The notes under the pieces: model-generated
What the model saw: the letters and a program-made list of their open reading frames with translations, nothing else
What the model was told of the DNA's origin: nothing
The model's database searches: none
Assembly: GCA_963712745.1 (NCBI GenBank)
Contig: CAVQJC010000001.1
Coordinates: 64,001 to 128,000 of the forward strand
Reading direction: 5' to 3'
Source of the DNA: an uncultured Chloroflexia bacterium
GTDB taxonomy: Bacteria > Chloroflexota > Limnocylindria > Limnocylindrales > CSP1-4
DNA: 64,000 nucleotides
Position numbers and translations under genes: made by a program
Part shown: positions 8,099 to 23,183 of the stretch, piece by piece
Layout: every line of letters begins with the position of its first letter
Numbering within the stretch: the first letter of the stretch is position 1

Positions 8099-9901
8099 CT
8101 AGCCCTTCGCCGCCACGTACTCGGCCAGCTCGGCGGGCAGCTCCACGACCGGGGTCTGGCGCACCCTCATGGCCTCGCCCTCACGAGAGGTCGTCACGTT
8201 GACCTTGTCCCACTCGTCGCGCATGCCCACGTGATCGAGTCGGGAATGGGCGCCGCGGCTTTCCTCGCGCTCAAGCGCCGAGCGGGCGATGGCCTCGGAC
8301 ACGGTGAGCATGCTGCGCAGCTCGAAGACCAGGTCCCAGCCGGGGTTGAAGCGGCGCGGCCCGGTCACGCGAAGTCCGCGCCAGCGCTCCTTGTAGCCCT
8401 CGATACGCTCGATGGCAGCCCCCAGGTCAGACTCGACGCGGAAGATGCCCACCAGCGACGACATCGTCGCCTGCAGTTCCTCGTGCAGCCGGTTGGGGTC
8501 TTCGCCGGACTCGCGCTCGAAGGGCGCATACATGGCCTCGACCGACTCATCGACGAAGTCCCCTGACAGCTCCTCGACCGCTGGCGCCGACGCCGCCGCG
8601 TCCGCCGCTGCCTCGCCGGCCCGCCGCCCGAAGACGAGCAGGTCGGTCAGCGAGTTGCCTCCCAGGCGGTTGGAGCCGTGCAGCCCCGCGGCCACCTCAC
8701 CCGCGGCATAGAGCCCGGGCGTGGTCGTCTGGCCCGCCTCGGCGTCGACGCGGATGCCGCCCATGATGTAGTGCATCGTGGGCCCGACCTCCATCGGGCC
8801 GGCCGTGATGTCGACGTCGGCCAGCTCCTTGAACTGCTCATACATCGAGGGCAGCTTGGCGCGCACGCGCTCGGCCGGCAGGTAGCTGATATCGAGGAAC
8901 ACGCCACCGTGGGGCGAGCCACGGCCCTCCTTGACCTCGGTGTAGATGGCGCGGGCTACGTTGTCGCGGGTGGACAGCTCGGGTGGGCGACGATGGCTAC
9001 TCTGACGGCCCTCGGTGAGGTCGTCGACCCAGGCGCGTGCCTCCTCGTCAGTGGCGGCGTACTCGTGGCGGCGAGCCTCGGGCAGGTAGTCCCACATGAA
9101 CCGCTTGCCTTCCGAGTTGCGCAGGATGCCGCCCTCGCCGCGGACTGCCTCGGTCACCAACAGGCCCTTGACCCCGGCGGGATGGACCATGCCGGTGGGA
9201 TGGAACTGCACGAACTCCATGTCGATGAGCTCGGCACCCGCGCGGTAGGCCAGCGCCTGGCCATCGCCCGACGACTCCCAGGAGTTGGACGTGACCGCAA
9301 AGGCGCGGCCGACGCCACCCGAGGCGAGGATCACGGCCTTGGCCGGGAAAGCCACCGGCTGCCCGTCCATGCGGCGGTAGCCGATGGCGCCGTTGACGCG
9401 GCCGCCGCTCATCGAGAGGCGGGTGACGATGACCTCCTGGTAGACCTGTGCGCCCACTGCCACGCTGCGGTCCTGCAGCGTGCGGATGAGCTCGAGGCCG
9501 GTGCGGTCGCCGACGTGGGCCAGGCGCGGGTAGGTGTGGCCGCCGAACGGCCGCTGCAGGATGCGGCCATCGCGGGTGCGGTCGAAGACTGCGCCCCACT
9601 CCTCCAGTTCGCGCACCCGGTCGGGCGCCTCCTTGGCGTGCAGCTCGGCCATGCGCGGGTTGTTGAGCCGGTAGCCGCCGACCATCGTGTCACGGAAGTG
9701 TGTGGTCCAGCCGTCGCGGTCGTCCACGTGAGCCAGAGAGGCAGCCATGCCGCCCTCGGCCATGACCGTGTGGGCCTTGCCCAGCAGCGACTTGCAGACC
9801 ACGCCCACCGAGAGGCCCGCGTTGATGCAGGCCACCGCGGCACGCAGTCCGGCGCCGCCGGCGCCGATGATGAGGACGTCGTGTGGTCGGGTCTCGATCA
9901 T
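8099..9901 (-). CDS. sdhA: Succinate dehydrogenase/fumarate reductase flavoprotein
   Basis: GAGGAG FAD motif, AHTVMAEGG, QFHPTG, TEAVRGEGG, HGSNRLGGNSL, ESRGAH. Confidence 0.95.
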   Translation of the reverse strand: MIETRPHDVLIIGAGGAGLRAAVACINAGLSVGVVCKSLLGKAHTVMAEGGMAASLAHVDDRDGWTTHFRDTMVGGYRLNNPRMAELHAKEAPDRVRELEEWGAVFDRTRDGRILQRPFGGHTYPRLAHVGDRTGLELIRTLQDRSVAVGAQVYQEVIVTRLSMSGGRVNGAIGYRRMDGQPVAFPAKAVILASGGVGRAFAVTSNSWESSGDGQALAYRAGAELIDMEFVQFHPTGMVHPAGVKGLLVTEAVRGEGGILRNSEGKRFMWDYLPEARRHEYAATDEEARAWVDDLTEGRQSSHRRPPELSTRDNVARAIYTEVKEGRGSPHGGVFLDISYLPAERVRAKLPSMYEQFKELADVDITAGPMEVGPTMHYIMGGIRVDAEAGQTTTPGLYAAGEVAAGLHGSNRLGGNSLTDLLVFGRRAGEAAADAAASAPAVEELSGDFVDESVEAMYAPFERESGEDPNRLHEELQATMSSLVGIFRVESDLGAAIERIEGYKERWRGLRVTGPRRFNPGWDLVFELRSMLTVSEAIARSALEREESRGAHSRLDHVGMRDEWDKVNVTTSREGEAMRVRQTPVVELPAELAEYVAAKG

Positions 9902-9905
9902 CGGT

Positions 9906-10745
9906 CTAGAGGAAGCCCCCGATGATGGGCGTGGACGTGTTGATGATGTCGAGCGCGAGCGCCCGCACGTAGAGGTCGACCACGACGATGCTGAAAAGGC
10001 TCGCCCAGGCCCATACGCCGTGGTACTGGTTCCAGGCGCTCACGCGCTGCCAGATGCCGTGGCGTCGCCTGGTGTTGGCCGTGCAGCTGAAGCAGTCCAC
10101 GCTGCCCCCGACGAGGTGGCGGAAGGAGTGGCAGCTGAAGACATAGAGGCTCACCAGGATGGCGTCGGCGGCGATGAGGAAGACGCCGATGCCCAGTCGG
10201 ACCCCACCGTCGTGGAGCATGGACACGACCAGGTCCCACCACAGCACCGCCAGCGGGATGAACGCGAGGTAGAGCGTGAAGCGGTGCGCGTTCATGAGGA
10301 TGAAGGGGAACTTGTTCTCCATCGCGAAGCGGCGGTGGATAGAGGGCTCGCCCACCGCGCAGGCCGGCGGGTCGAGGAAGAACGCCTTGTAGTAGGCGCC
10401 GCGGAAGTAGTAGCAGGTACCGCGGAAGAGCACCTGGATCCAGAGCACCAGGATGGCCGGGCTGAACCAGCCGGGCAGCACACCCTCACCAAGCGCGATG
10501 CCGAAGAAGGGCGAGTGATAGCCCTCCGCCACATAGTCGACGCCGAAGTACGGGATGCCGAAGACGGCGGAGGCGGTGGCGTAGACGATAAATAGGGCCA
10601 GGCCGACGGCGATGAGCCCCGGCTTGATGATCCAGCGATCGACCCGCAGCGTCGAGCCGAAGCCGCGCCGGGCGGACCCCGTCGGCTTGGTCGCGGGCGT
10701 CGGCTCGACGCGACGGCCCTGCTCGACGCCTTCAGAGACGGTCAC
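9906..10745 (-). CDS. Single membrane anchor of succinate dehydrogenase (Rv0249c-like)
   Basis: Multi-TM; FRGTCYYFRGAYYKAFFLDPPACAVGE, SCHSFRHLVGG..DCFSC; first gene of sdh operon. Confidence 0.85.
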   Translation of the reverse strand: MTVSEGVEQGRRVEPTPATKPTGSARRGFGSTLRVDRWIIKPGLIAVGLALFIVYATASAVFGIPYFGVDYVAEGYHSPFFGIALGEGVLPGWFSPAILVLWIQVLFRGTCYYFRGAYYKAFFLDPPACAVGEPSIHRRFAMENKFPFILMNAHRFTLYLAFIPLAVLWWDLVVSMLHDGGVRLGIGVFLIAADAILVSLYVFSCHSFRHLVGGSVDCFSCTANTRRRHGIWQRVSAWNQYHGVWAWASLFSIVVVDLYVRALALDIINTSTPIIGGFL

Positions 10746-10937
10746 GGGCGGCGGCCGAGCTGCGGTGTGGGCGCGGGCATCATCACGAGTCCTGCGTGGT
10801 CCCCCTGCGGTGGCGGTCGAACGGTCGGCGGGTCGTGCCGGTCAATGTACCGCATCGTTGGTGACCGATTTGCAGCACCTGCGCCACCACAGCGCCCACG
10901 CGGGGGTCCGGGCGGCGCGCTATGCTGAATCGCGACC

Positions 10938-12109
<1,172 letters not shown>

Positions 12110-12113
<4 letters not shown>

Positions 12114-12997
12114 GCATCCTCGTTGGCGCGGACACGCGCCTCATCGTCCAGGGCATCACCGGTCGCGAAGGCGGCTTCCATGCCGGACAGATGCTGTCCT
12201 ACGGCACCAACATCGTGGCCGGCGTGACACCAGGGAAGGGCGGCCAGACTGCGCTGGACGAGGCCGTGCCGGTGTACGACACCTGCGCCCAGGCGGTCGA
12301 GCAGACCGGCGCCAACACCAGCGTCATCTTCGTACCGGCCTTCGCCGCACCGGACGCCATCATGGAGGCGGTCGGTGCCGGTATCGAGACCATCTTCGCC
12401 ATCACCGAGCACATCCCGGCGCTGGACATGATCCCGGTCGTGGCCGAGGTCGAGGCACACGGCGCGCGCCTGGTCGGCCCCAACTGCCCCGGCGCGACCA
12501 CGCCCGGCCAGGCCAAGGTCGGCATCATCCCCGGGTCCATCCATCGTCCCGGACGGGTCGGGCTGGTGAGCCGCTCGGGCACCCTCACCTACGAGGTCGT
12601 ACAGGCCATGACCGACGCCCGCATCGGCCAGTCCACCTGCGTCGGCATCGGCGGCGATCCGGTCAACGGCAGCGACTTCATCGACATGCTCGAGCTGTTC
12701 GCTGCCGACTCCGACACCGACGGGGTCGTGCTCATCGGCGAGATCGGCGGTGGCGCCGAGGAGGCCGCTGCGGCGTGGAAGGCGGAGCACATGCCAGACA
12801 CGCCGATGGTCGCCTTCATCGCCGGCCGCACCGCGCCGCCCGGGCGCCGTATGGGCCACGCCGGCGCCATCATCAGCGGCAGTGGCGGGACGGCGGAGGC
12901 CAAGATCGGTGCGCTCGAGGCCGCTGGCATCCGCGTGGCCGAATCACCGACCCAGATCCCGCGGATGCTCATCGAGGCCGGCATCTCTCCCGACTGA
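12110..12997 (+). CDS. sucD: Succinyl-CoA synthetase alpha subunit
   Basis: [31 protein letters not shown]. Confidence 0.97.
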
Positions 12998-13287
12998 GGA
13001 GGTGGTTCCTCGCTGCTGTGTTTGGCAGCGACCCAACCCAGGTCACGACCGAGTGATGGTCGATGCGGTCCTCGCTGCTGCCCCGGGCTCCCGGACCGGG
13101 CGCTGGCTGGGGCCGCCCGGCCCGGCTGACCCTGGCGGCGATGACCACACTCCGTGCGCCTGGCATCGGTCGCATCAGGAGGGATACGGACCCGCCCAGG
13201 CGTCGATGGGTCAGGCGGGCACCCGAAGGCCGTGTGGGGCATGACGCGGAGCCGGACCGTCCCGCGGGACGTCCGCCGCGGGCCGAG

Positions 13288-13324
13288 AGGACGCGACCCC
13301 GACGCGTGGCCGGGGTCGCGTCCT
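13288..13324. terminator. Strong hairpin between convergent genes
   Basis: AGGACGCGACCCCG...CGGGGTCGCGTCCT 14-bp stem. Confidence 0.6.
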
Positions 13325-13344
13325 GAGCGTGCGCTGGTCGGGCG

Positions 13345-13839
13345 CTAGGTCCTGACCGTGACCTTCTCGCAGCCGGTGACGAGGTCGCTGGGGTCGACGA
13401 AGGCACGATCGCGGTCGCCATCGCCGCAGTCGACGAAGTCGGCCCCGCCACCCGCGGCCCGGATGACGTCGTCGGCATCCCCGCCGAAGAGGCGGTCCCG
13501 GCCGGCCCCGCCGGTCAGCACGTCGCGACCGTCGCCACCGCGGAGGACATCGTTGCCCAGGCCGCCGTAGAGCTCGTCGCCCCGCCCGCCGCCGCGGACC
13601 ACGTCGTTGCCGGGACCGCCGAGGATGAGGTCGCGGCCATCCTTGCCGTAGAGGGTGTCGTTGCCGCCCCGACCGCCGATGCGATCGTGGCCCGGGCCAC
13701 CCTCGAGCTGGTTGGCCTTGTCGTCGCCCTTCAGCACCTCGTCCCAGGGAGGACCGAGCCCGGCGCCGCTCACGCCCGAGCCGACCAGCATGAGCGCGAG
13801 CAGCGCCACGCCCAGCGCCTTGAGGATCATCGGTCTCAT
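13345..13839 (-). CDS. Secreted hemolysin-type (RTX) calcium-binding repeat protein
   Basis: GGAGG RBS, signal peptide, repeated GGxGxD (GGPGND, GGLGND, GGAGRD), VDCGDGDRD tail. Confidence 0.85.
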   Translation of the reverse strand: MRPMILKALGVALLALMLVGSGVSGAGLGPPWDEVLKGDDKANQLEGGPGHDRIGGRGGNDTLYGKDGRDLILGGPGNDVVRGGGRGDELYGGLGNDVLRGGDGRDVLTGGAGRDRLFGGDADDVIRAAGGGADFVDCGDGDRDRAFVDPSDLVTGCEKVTVRT

Positions 13840-14031
13840 CACGTACCTCCTCGTACCCTGGGATGCCTGCTGCGCGACAGCCGTGCGGCTCTCATCCCAA
13901 GCGTTAGATCGCAGCATCGGGCTAAGGAACGCGCGGGTCATCGGGACTTGGCTCAGCCCTCGCCTTATTCGCACGCACGTGGCGGTCGATCGGCCGGCAC
14001 AGCTTGATGCGTGAGCTGGGCCTGGTCCGAG

Positions 14032-14391
14032 CTAGGCGCCGGACTTGAGCTCACGGAGGCGTGCGTCGCTGATGCCCAGGTGGTGGGCGACCTCGTGGTC
14101 GAACGTCTCTTCCACGCCGCGTCGGAGCGCGGCGGGGTCCCGGTAGGTGCGCATCAGTGGACCGCGGAAGAGCGTGATCTTGCTGGCCACAGTGGCGTGG
14201 TCAGCACCGTAGACGGTACGCGGCACGCCCTGGTAGAGCCCCAAGAGGCCACGAGCGCCGACGCTCTGCAGCTGCGCCTCGTCGGGTTCGTCCTGCACCA
14301 CGATGGCCACGCTCGCCAGTTCGCCGCGATACGGCTCGGGCAAGGCAGCGACCGCCGCGTCCAGGGCCTCCGCGAAGGGGTCTCGTTCCAT
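14032..14391 (-). CDS. Minimal zincin-like metallopeptidase
   Basis: LLGLYQGVP, ITLFRGP, HEVAHHLG (HExxH). Confidence 0.88.
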   Translation of the reverse strand: MERDPFAEALDAAVAALPEPYRGELASVAIVVQDEPDEAQLQSVGARGLLGLYQGVPRTVYGADHATVASKITLFRGPLMRTYRDPAALRRGVEETFDHEVAHHLGISDARLRELKSGA

Positions 14392-14913
14392 GCTCTGAGC
14401 GTACACAAGTGCCCCCGACCCGACCGCACGCGGCGGCATCTGCGGGCTGAGGTCGGACGCTCTGGGATCGCTTCGGGTTCGACCCGCGTTGCGTTCGTGA
14501 TCGCCGCTGAGCCGTCCCGCAGGAACTCGGCCCGGCGGTCGCTCGTAGACTCATCGTGGATGGGCCGAGTGAGGCACTCCTCGACGAAGGTCACGATGGC
14601 CCCGACGGTCTGGAGGGTCTCCCCGGTCATAGCTCGTCACCTCTCGGCGGTCATGCCGCGCCCATCGAGGTGTACTACTCCGGGGCCCCTTGGCACTCGC
14701 AAGCGCGGAGGCCGGGACCCCTTGCGGAGGGCCGGCGCGGAACGACATGCAGGCTCGTGCGGCCGGCATCATGGGCTCCGCCGGGTGGCAGATGTCCATG
14801 ACGGATCCCGAATCGAGACCGAGCGCCGCCCGGAGCACGAGCGCGCTCAGCAACACCTGGACCAGGGCGACGATGGAGCTGCCATGGGACCTCGGGACAG
14901 GGCGGGCTCCGGG

Positions 14914-16485
14914 CTACTCCCGTTCCACCGTTCCGTGGGCCATCGGCTCCGTCTCATCCCTGCGCACGACCTTCGGAGCCAGGAAGGCCACGCCGATCGC
15001 GGCCGCGATGAGCAGGACGGACGCCACCAGGACCGCGTCCCCGACACCGCCCACGAAGGCCGACTTGGCCTGCTCCACGAGCCGCTCGCCTTCGGCGCCC
15101 ATCATGGCCACGATCGGCGACGCGGTGAAGGCGATGGAGCCGAGCACGCGCTCTGCGACCTGGGGCGGCAGCTCGGCCACCGCCTGGGCCATGCCGTCGC
15201 GGTAGCCCTGATTGAGGAGGCTGCCGAGGATGGCGATGCCGAAGGCACTACCGAGCTCGCGGGCCGTGTCGTTCCAGGCCGAGGCCACGCCCTGCTTCTC
15301 CATCGGCAGCGAGGAGGTGATGGCGGTGGTGGCCGGCGTGCCGGCCAGGCCCATGCCGAAGCCGAAGAAGAGCAGGCCGGCCAGGAAGTGCAGATACGAC
15401 GATTCCACCTGCAGCTGACTGAGGATGAGGAAGCCGATAGCCATCGAGATGAGCCCGACCGGCCCGGTGCGCCGGAAGCCGATCCGCTGCGCGACCACGG
15501 GGGCTGTGCGCGCGGTCGGGATGAGCACGAACGGCAGCGGCAGGAGTGCCAGTGCCGCTTCCAGCGGCGAGCGGCCGGTCACGAACTGCAGGTACTGCAG
15601 GACCACGAAGAAGAAGCCGAACGCGGCCATGAACTGGACGGTCAGCGTCAGGCTACCGGCGCTGAAGCCCCGGAACCGGAACAGGCGTGGGTCCAGCAGC
15701 GGCTGCTTCATGCGCAGCTCCCAGAGCACGAAGGCGATGCCCGCGAGGATGCCGAGGCCGATGGCTCCCAGCGTGAGCGGCTCGGTCCAGCCCTCCTCGG
15801 GGCCCTCGATGATGCCGAACACGAAGGCCGTGACCGCCACCAGCGAGAGCAGGGCACCCACGATGTCGAGCGCGGGCGGATGCTCGTCCACCGACTTGGG
15901 CACGACCGCGAGCGTGCCGATGAAGCCGAGCGTGGCGAAGAGGACGTTGAGGCCGAAGAACGAGGTCCACGGGAACCACTCCAGCAGCAGCGCGGTGACG
16001 AACAAGCCCAGCACGGCTCCGCCGCCGGCGATGCCGACCCACACGCCGATGGCGCGACCCCGCTCCTCCTCGGGGAAGGAGGTGGTGATGATCGACAGGG
16101 TGGTGGGCATGACCGCGGCCGCGCCCACACCCATGATCATGCGCACTGCGATGAGTCCATCGGGGTCGGTCACGAACAGGCCCAGGGCCGCCGCCCCGCC
16201 GAAGATGAGGAGGCCGACCGCCAGCAGGAGCTTGCGCCCGTAGCGGTCGCCGAGGGCACCGGCGAAGAGCAGCAGGCCGGCGAAGATGACCGTGTACGAG
16301 TCGACGATCCAGGTCAGCTGTGTCTGGGTCGCGCCGGTATCCCGGGCCATGCTGGGCAAGGCCACGTTGAGGCCGCTCACCGCCGAGATGACGGCCATCA
16401 GCGACAGGGCCACCACCCCGAGCAAGACACGCCGCTGCCTGGGCGTGAGTTCGACCTGTCCCCCGGCTGGACCGGTTGCTGCCAT
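14914..16485 (-). CDS. DHA2-family MFS efflux transporter
   Basis: LNVALPSM, GALGDRYGRK, many hydrophobic segments, ARELGSAFGIA. Confidence 0.92.
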   Translation of the reverse strand: MAATGPAGGQVELTPRQRRVLLGVVALSLMAVISAVSGLNVALPSMARDTGATQTQLTWIVDSYTVIFAGLLLFAGALGDRYGRKLLLAVGLLIFGGAAALGLFVTDPDGLIAVRMIMGVGAAAVMPTTLSIITTSFPEEERGRAIGVWVGIAGGGAVLGLFVTALLLEWFPWTSFFGLNVLFATLGFIGTLAVVPKSVDEHPPALDIVGALLSLVAVTAFVFGIIEGPEEGWTEPLTLGAIGLGILAGIAFVLWELRMKQPLLDPRLFRFRGFSAGSLTLTVQFMAAFGFFFVVLQYLQFVTGRSPLEAALALLPLPFVLIPTARTAPVVAQRIGFRRTGPVGLISMAIGFLILSQLQVESSYLHFLAGLLFFGFGMGLAGTPATTAITSSLPMEKQGVASAWNDTARELGSAFGIAILGSLLNQGYRDGMAQAVAELPPQVAERVLGSIAFTASPIVAMMGAEGERLVEQAKSAFVGGVGDAVLVASVLLIAAAIGVAFLAPKVVRRDETEPMAHGTVERE

Positions 16486-16505
16486 GGTTACGCTCCGTGC
16501 TTGAC

Positions 16506-16547
16506 TATTCCCCAACTGGTGAAATGATATTCTCCAGGTGGTGAATA
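16506..16547. promoter_or_regulatory. Two tandem palindromic operators (likely bound by the adjacent TetR)
   Basis: TATTCCCCAACTGGTGAAAT (16506) and TATTCTCCAGGTGGTGAATA (16528) in the short divergent gap, next to TTGACT. Confidence 0.7.
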
Positions 16548-16561
16548 CGCAAGAGGTCCAC

Positions 16562-17200
16562 ATGACCAAGCCGACGCGCGGGCGCAGGCCCGCTGGAGCA
16601 CAGACGCGCGAAGCCATCGCCGACGCTGCCCGGAGGCAGTTCAGCGAGCACGGCTACCGCGACACGACGCTGCGAAGCGTGGCCGCCGAGGCGGGCGTCG
16701 ACCATCGGCTGGTGCTCCACTACTTCGGCTCGAAGCGTCGTCTATTCATCGAGTCGGTGCGGCTGCCGGTCGATCCGGAGGCGCTGCTGGCACGGGTCTT
16801 CTCGGGTGGTGGCAACGACGTCTCAGGTCAGGTAGCCGAAGCCCTTGTCGCCGCGCTGGAGGACCCCGACACGAGGCAGGCCGCCGTGGCCCTGATGCGA
16901 GCAGCCGCCTCTGAGCCGGAGGCGGCCCAGATCATCCGCGAGATCCTCACCGACCGGGTGCTCATCCCGCTGACCCAGCGCATCGGCGGCGACCGCCCGC
17001 AGCTGCGGGCCAGCCTCGTGGCCTCGCAGTTCGTGGGTCTGGCCATGGCCCGCTACGTGGTCATGATCGAACCGCTGGCCTCGGCCCCGCCCGAGCAGAT
17101 CGTGCAGGCCCTCACTCCCGTGTTCGAGCACTACCTCTTCGGCGATTGGGCCGACGATGGCCCCGGCGAGCATCAGCCCGCGAGCGGGTCGCCCTCGTAG
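16562..17200 (+). CDS. TetR family transcriptional regulator
   Basis: TREAIADAARRQFSEHGYRDTTLRSVAAEAGVDHRLVLHYFGSK HTH; divergent from MFS. Confidence 0.93.
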   Translation: MTKPTRGRRPAGAQTREAIADAARRQFSEHGYRDTTLRSVAAEAGVDHRLVLHYFGSKRRLFIESVRLPVDPEALLARVFSGGGNDVSGQVAEALVAALEDPDTRQAAVALMRAAASEPEAAQIIREILTDRVLIPLTQRIGGDRPQLRASLVASQFVGLAMARYVVMIEPLASAPPEQIVQALTPVFEHYLFGDWADDGPGEHQPASGSPS

Positions 17201-17643
17201 CCGAGCCGGTCCCAGGCGGGACCGCCCGGTGCCTCGATGAGCTCGGTCAGGACGCCGTTGCAGGAGCGCGGATGGATGAAGGCCACCGGGCCCTCGGCGC
17301 CCTTGCGCGCCTGCTCGTCGATGATCTCGATACCCCTGGCCTTGAGATCGGCCAGGGTCTCGTCGACGTCGGGAGTCTCGAAACAGACGTGATGGAAGCC
17401 CTCCCCCTTCTTCTCGAGGAATCGGGCTACGCCGGTCGTGGCCGAAGTCGGCTGAACCAGCTCGATCTTGGTCTCGCCCACCTCGAGGAAGGCCACGATG
17501 ACCTCGTCCGACTCGATGGGCAGCACGAGTCCGACCGCCAGGCCCAGCGTGTCGCGGTAGAAGGCGAGCGAGGCCTCGATGTCGCGCACGATATAGGCGA
17601 CGTGATGGACGCGGCTGAACGTGCGACCAGCGACCCCGGCCAT
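17173..17643 (-). CDS. mce: Methylmalonyl-CoA epimerase
   Basis: VHHVAYIV, KIELVQP, KKGEGFHHVCFE, FIHPRSCNGVLTELIE; follows mutase. Confidence 0.9.
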   Translation of the reverse strand: MAGVAGRTFSRVHHVAYIVRDIEASLAFYRDTLGLAVGLVLPIESDEVIVAFLEVGETKIELVQPTSATTGVARFLEKKGEGFHHVCFETPDVDETLADLKARGIEIIDEQARKGAEGPVAFIHPRSCNGVLTELIEAPGGPAWDRLGYEGDPLAG

Positions 17644-17680
17644 GCTTCCTCCTGATGCTGCGGCCGAGCCGCGTGGCTGC

Positions 17681-19339
<1,659 letters not shown>

Positions 19340-19341
19340 CC

Positions 19342-19836
19342 CTACCTCACTGTCAGGAGCTCGTCACCGAGCTCGACGCTGCCGTCCGGTGCGACACGGA
19401 TCGATCCCACCGTGCCCGCGCGTGGGGCGCGTACCTCGTTCTCCATCTTCATGGCCTCGATGGCGAGCAGGCGCTGCCCGGCCTCGACGGTATCACCCTC
19501 GGCGACCCACAGCCGCACCACGCGCCCGGGTATCTGGGCCCTGACCACGGCGCTGCCGTGGTGGCCGCTTGCCACCGCCGCCTGCCCGGCTTGCTCTCGC
19601 AGCAGGGCTCGGGGCTCGTCCTCGACGGCCACCACGAAGACCCAGCCATCCACCGTGGTCTCGTAGCGGTGGACGCCGGCAGCCCGGTCGTCGGCGGACT
19701 GGGCCAGCGCTCGAACCTCCGACATGCGGCCGGTCGCGTGGGACAGGTCGGCGGGATCGCGATGGAGGTGCTCCTGGCCCAGGCCTTCGACGGTCAGGCG
19801 GTAGTGGCCCCGGTGTCCGGCTCGCATGTCGGTCAT
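19342..19836 (-). CDS. Biotin carboxyl carrier protein
   Basis: EAMKMENE biotinylation motif; ATGA overlap with biotin carboxylase. Confidence 0.9.
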   Translation of the reverse strand: MTDMRAGHRGHYRLTVEGLGQEHLHRDPADLSHATGRMSEVRALAQSADDRAAGVHRYETTVDGWVFVVAVEDEPRALLREQAGQAAVASGHHGSAVVRAQIPGRVVRLWVAEGDTVEAGQRLLAIEAMKMENEVRAPRAGTVGSIRVAPDGSVELGDELLTVR

Positions 19837-21368
19837 GACCAGGGCTCCTCGCCCCATCCCCTGGCCTGCTCGCCACAGTCCACCGTCGACCTGGGCTCCA
19901 GGGCGGGTGCGGAAGGCGCGACCGCGAGCGAGACGTGGCGGACGACGGCATCGGCGGCGCGCTCGGCGGCCGCGGCGCGGATCGGCGCAGGATCCCAGTC
20001 CCGCGCCACCATGTCCGTCCGCAGCCGTCCCTCCGTGAACTCGGGATGTGCCAGCAGCCAGGCGTGGAACGGAAGCGTCGTCTGCACACCGCCGGTCTCG
20101 AACTCGTCGACGGCACGACGGGCACGCGCGAGGGCGAGATCGCGGTCCGGTGCCACGGCCAGCACCTTGGCCAGCATGGGGTCGTACTCGGCGGGCACCA
20201 GCCAGCCCTGCTCGAGCCCGGAGTCCATGCGCACGCCCGGACCTCCCGGCTCCCGCCAGCGGGTGATGCGACCAGGCACAGGCGCGAAGTCGCGCGCGGG
20301 GTCCTCGGCACTGATGCGCAGCTCGATGGCGTGGCGGTCCGGGCTGGTCGCGCGCTGCGCGGCCGCCAGGACCGCGGCCGAGAGCGGCCGGCCGGCGGCG
20401 ATGAACAGCTGCTCACGCACGAGGTCGAGCCCGGTCACCAGCTCGGTGACTCCGTGCTCCACCTGCAGTCTGGCGTTGACCTCGAGGAAGTAGAAGGCGC
20501 CGTCGGGGGCGTGGAGGAACTCGGCCGTGGCGGCATTGCGCAGACCGACGGTGCGCGCCACTCTCACCGCCAGTTCGTGCAGCTCCCCGCGCTGGCTCGG
20601 TGTCAGCCCGGGTGCCGGTGCCTCCTCGACCAGCTTCTGGTGGCGTCGCTGGGTGGAGCAGTCCCGCTCGCCCAACGCCACGACCGCCCCGGCGCTGTCG
20701 CCCAGCAGTTGCACCTCGATGTGGCGGCCACCCTCGACGAGCCGCTCAAGGTAGACCGAGCCGTCCCCGAAGGCTTGCTCGGACTCGCGCGCGGCGGCGG
20801 TCACCGAGGATGCCAGGTCGGCCGGGTCGTCGACGCGGCGCATGCCACGACCGCCGCCCCCGGCGGCGGCCTTGATGAGCAAGGGGAAGCCGATCTCCGC
20901 AGCCGCCGCCTCGATGCGCTCGACCGCCGTTTCGTCGCCCATCGGGAGTGACTCGAACATGCCGGGCACGATGGGCACCCCGGCCATGGTGGCCGAGGCG
21001 CGTGCCTCGAGCTTGTCCCCCAGCGATGCCAGGGTCGCGGGCGCCGGGCCCACGAAGACCAGCCCGGCTGCCTCCACCGCGGTCCCGAACGCGGCCTGCT
21101 CCGAGAGGAAGCCGTAGCCCGGGTGGATGGCCTCTGCGCCGCTCGCCAGGGCGGCCTCGACGATGACGTCCGCCCGCAGGTAGGACTCGGGCGCCGGAGC
21201 CGGCCCCACGCGCACGGCCTGGTCGGCCAGGCGGACATGGAGCGCCTCGGCGTCGGCATCGGAATAGACCGCCACCGTCTCGATGCCCAGCTCGCGACAG
21301 GTGCGGAAGATGCGCACCGCGATCTCGCCGCGATTGGCCACCAGCAGGCGCCGGAACGGCGGCCTCAC
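19833..21368 (-). CDS. Biotin carboxylase subunit of acyl-CoA carboxylase
   Basis: [49 protein letters not shown]. Confidence 0.95.
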   Translation of the reverse strand: MRPPFRRLLVANRGEIAVRIFRTCRELGIETVAVYSDADAEALHVRLADQAVRVGPAPAPESYLRADVIVEAALASGAEAIHPGYGFLSEQAAFGTAVEAAGLVFVGPAPATLASLGDKLEARASATMAGVPIVPGMFESLPMGDETAVERIEAAAAEIGFPLLIKAAAGGGGRGMRRVDDPADLASSVTAAARESEQAFGDGSVYLERLVEGGRHIEVQLLGDSAGAVVALGERDCSTQRRHQKLVEEAPAPGLTPSQRGELHELAVRVARTVGLRNAATAEFLHAPDGAFYFLEVNARLQVEHGVTELVTGLDLVREQLFIAAGRPLSAAVLAAAQRATSPDRHAIELRISAEDPARDFAPVPGRITRWREPGGPGVRMDSGLEQGWLVPAEYDPMLAKVLAVAPDRDLALARARRAVDEFETGGVQTTLPFHAWLLAHPEFTEGRLRTDMVARDWDPAPIRAAAAERAADAVVRHVSLAVAPSAPALEPRSTVDCGEQARGWGEEPWS

Positions 21369-21402
21369 GAAGCGGAGCCTCCGTCTTTGCGCAAAGACAC
21401 GA

Positions 21403-22957
<1,555 letters not shown>

Positions 22958-23066
22958 CCTGCGTCTCCCTCCGCTGGTCCGGCTCCCCGCCGTGTGGCTG
23001 CAGCATGGTACTGCCGGGGGCTGCGGTCGGTTCGGCCGGGCCGTGTCTCCACGCGCACAGACGGGC

Positions 23067-23116
23067 GGTGGTGCGTTGACGCACCACCCGAAAACCGATG
23101 GTGCACGGACGCACCA
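23067..23116. promoter_or_regulatory. Two related palindromes in the pccB/parA divergent promoter region
   Basis: GGTGGTGCGT-TG-ACGCACCACC (perfect 10-bp IR) and TGGTGC-ACGGAC-GCACCA 30 bp later; TAGACT -10 at 23122. Confidence 0.6.
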
Positions 23117-23183
23117 ACCGCTAGACTCCGGGCCGGAGGCTGCGCAGTCGTCACGCGGGCCCCTTGCACACCGGGAGGGTGTC

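Noticed and set aside
14400-14630. ORF starting MTGETLQTVGAIVTFVEECL, resembling an acyl carrier protein C-terminus
   Set aside because: No phosphopantetheine DSL motif; the frame runs into the zincin gene; similarity too short
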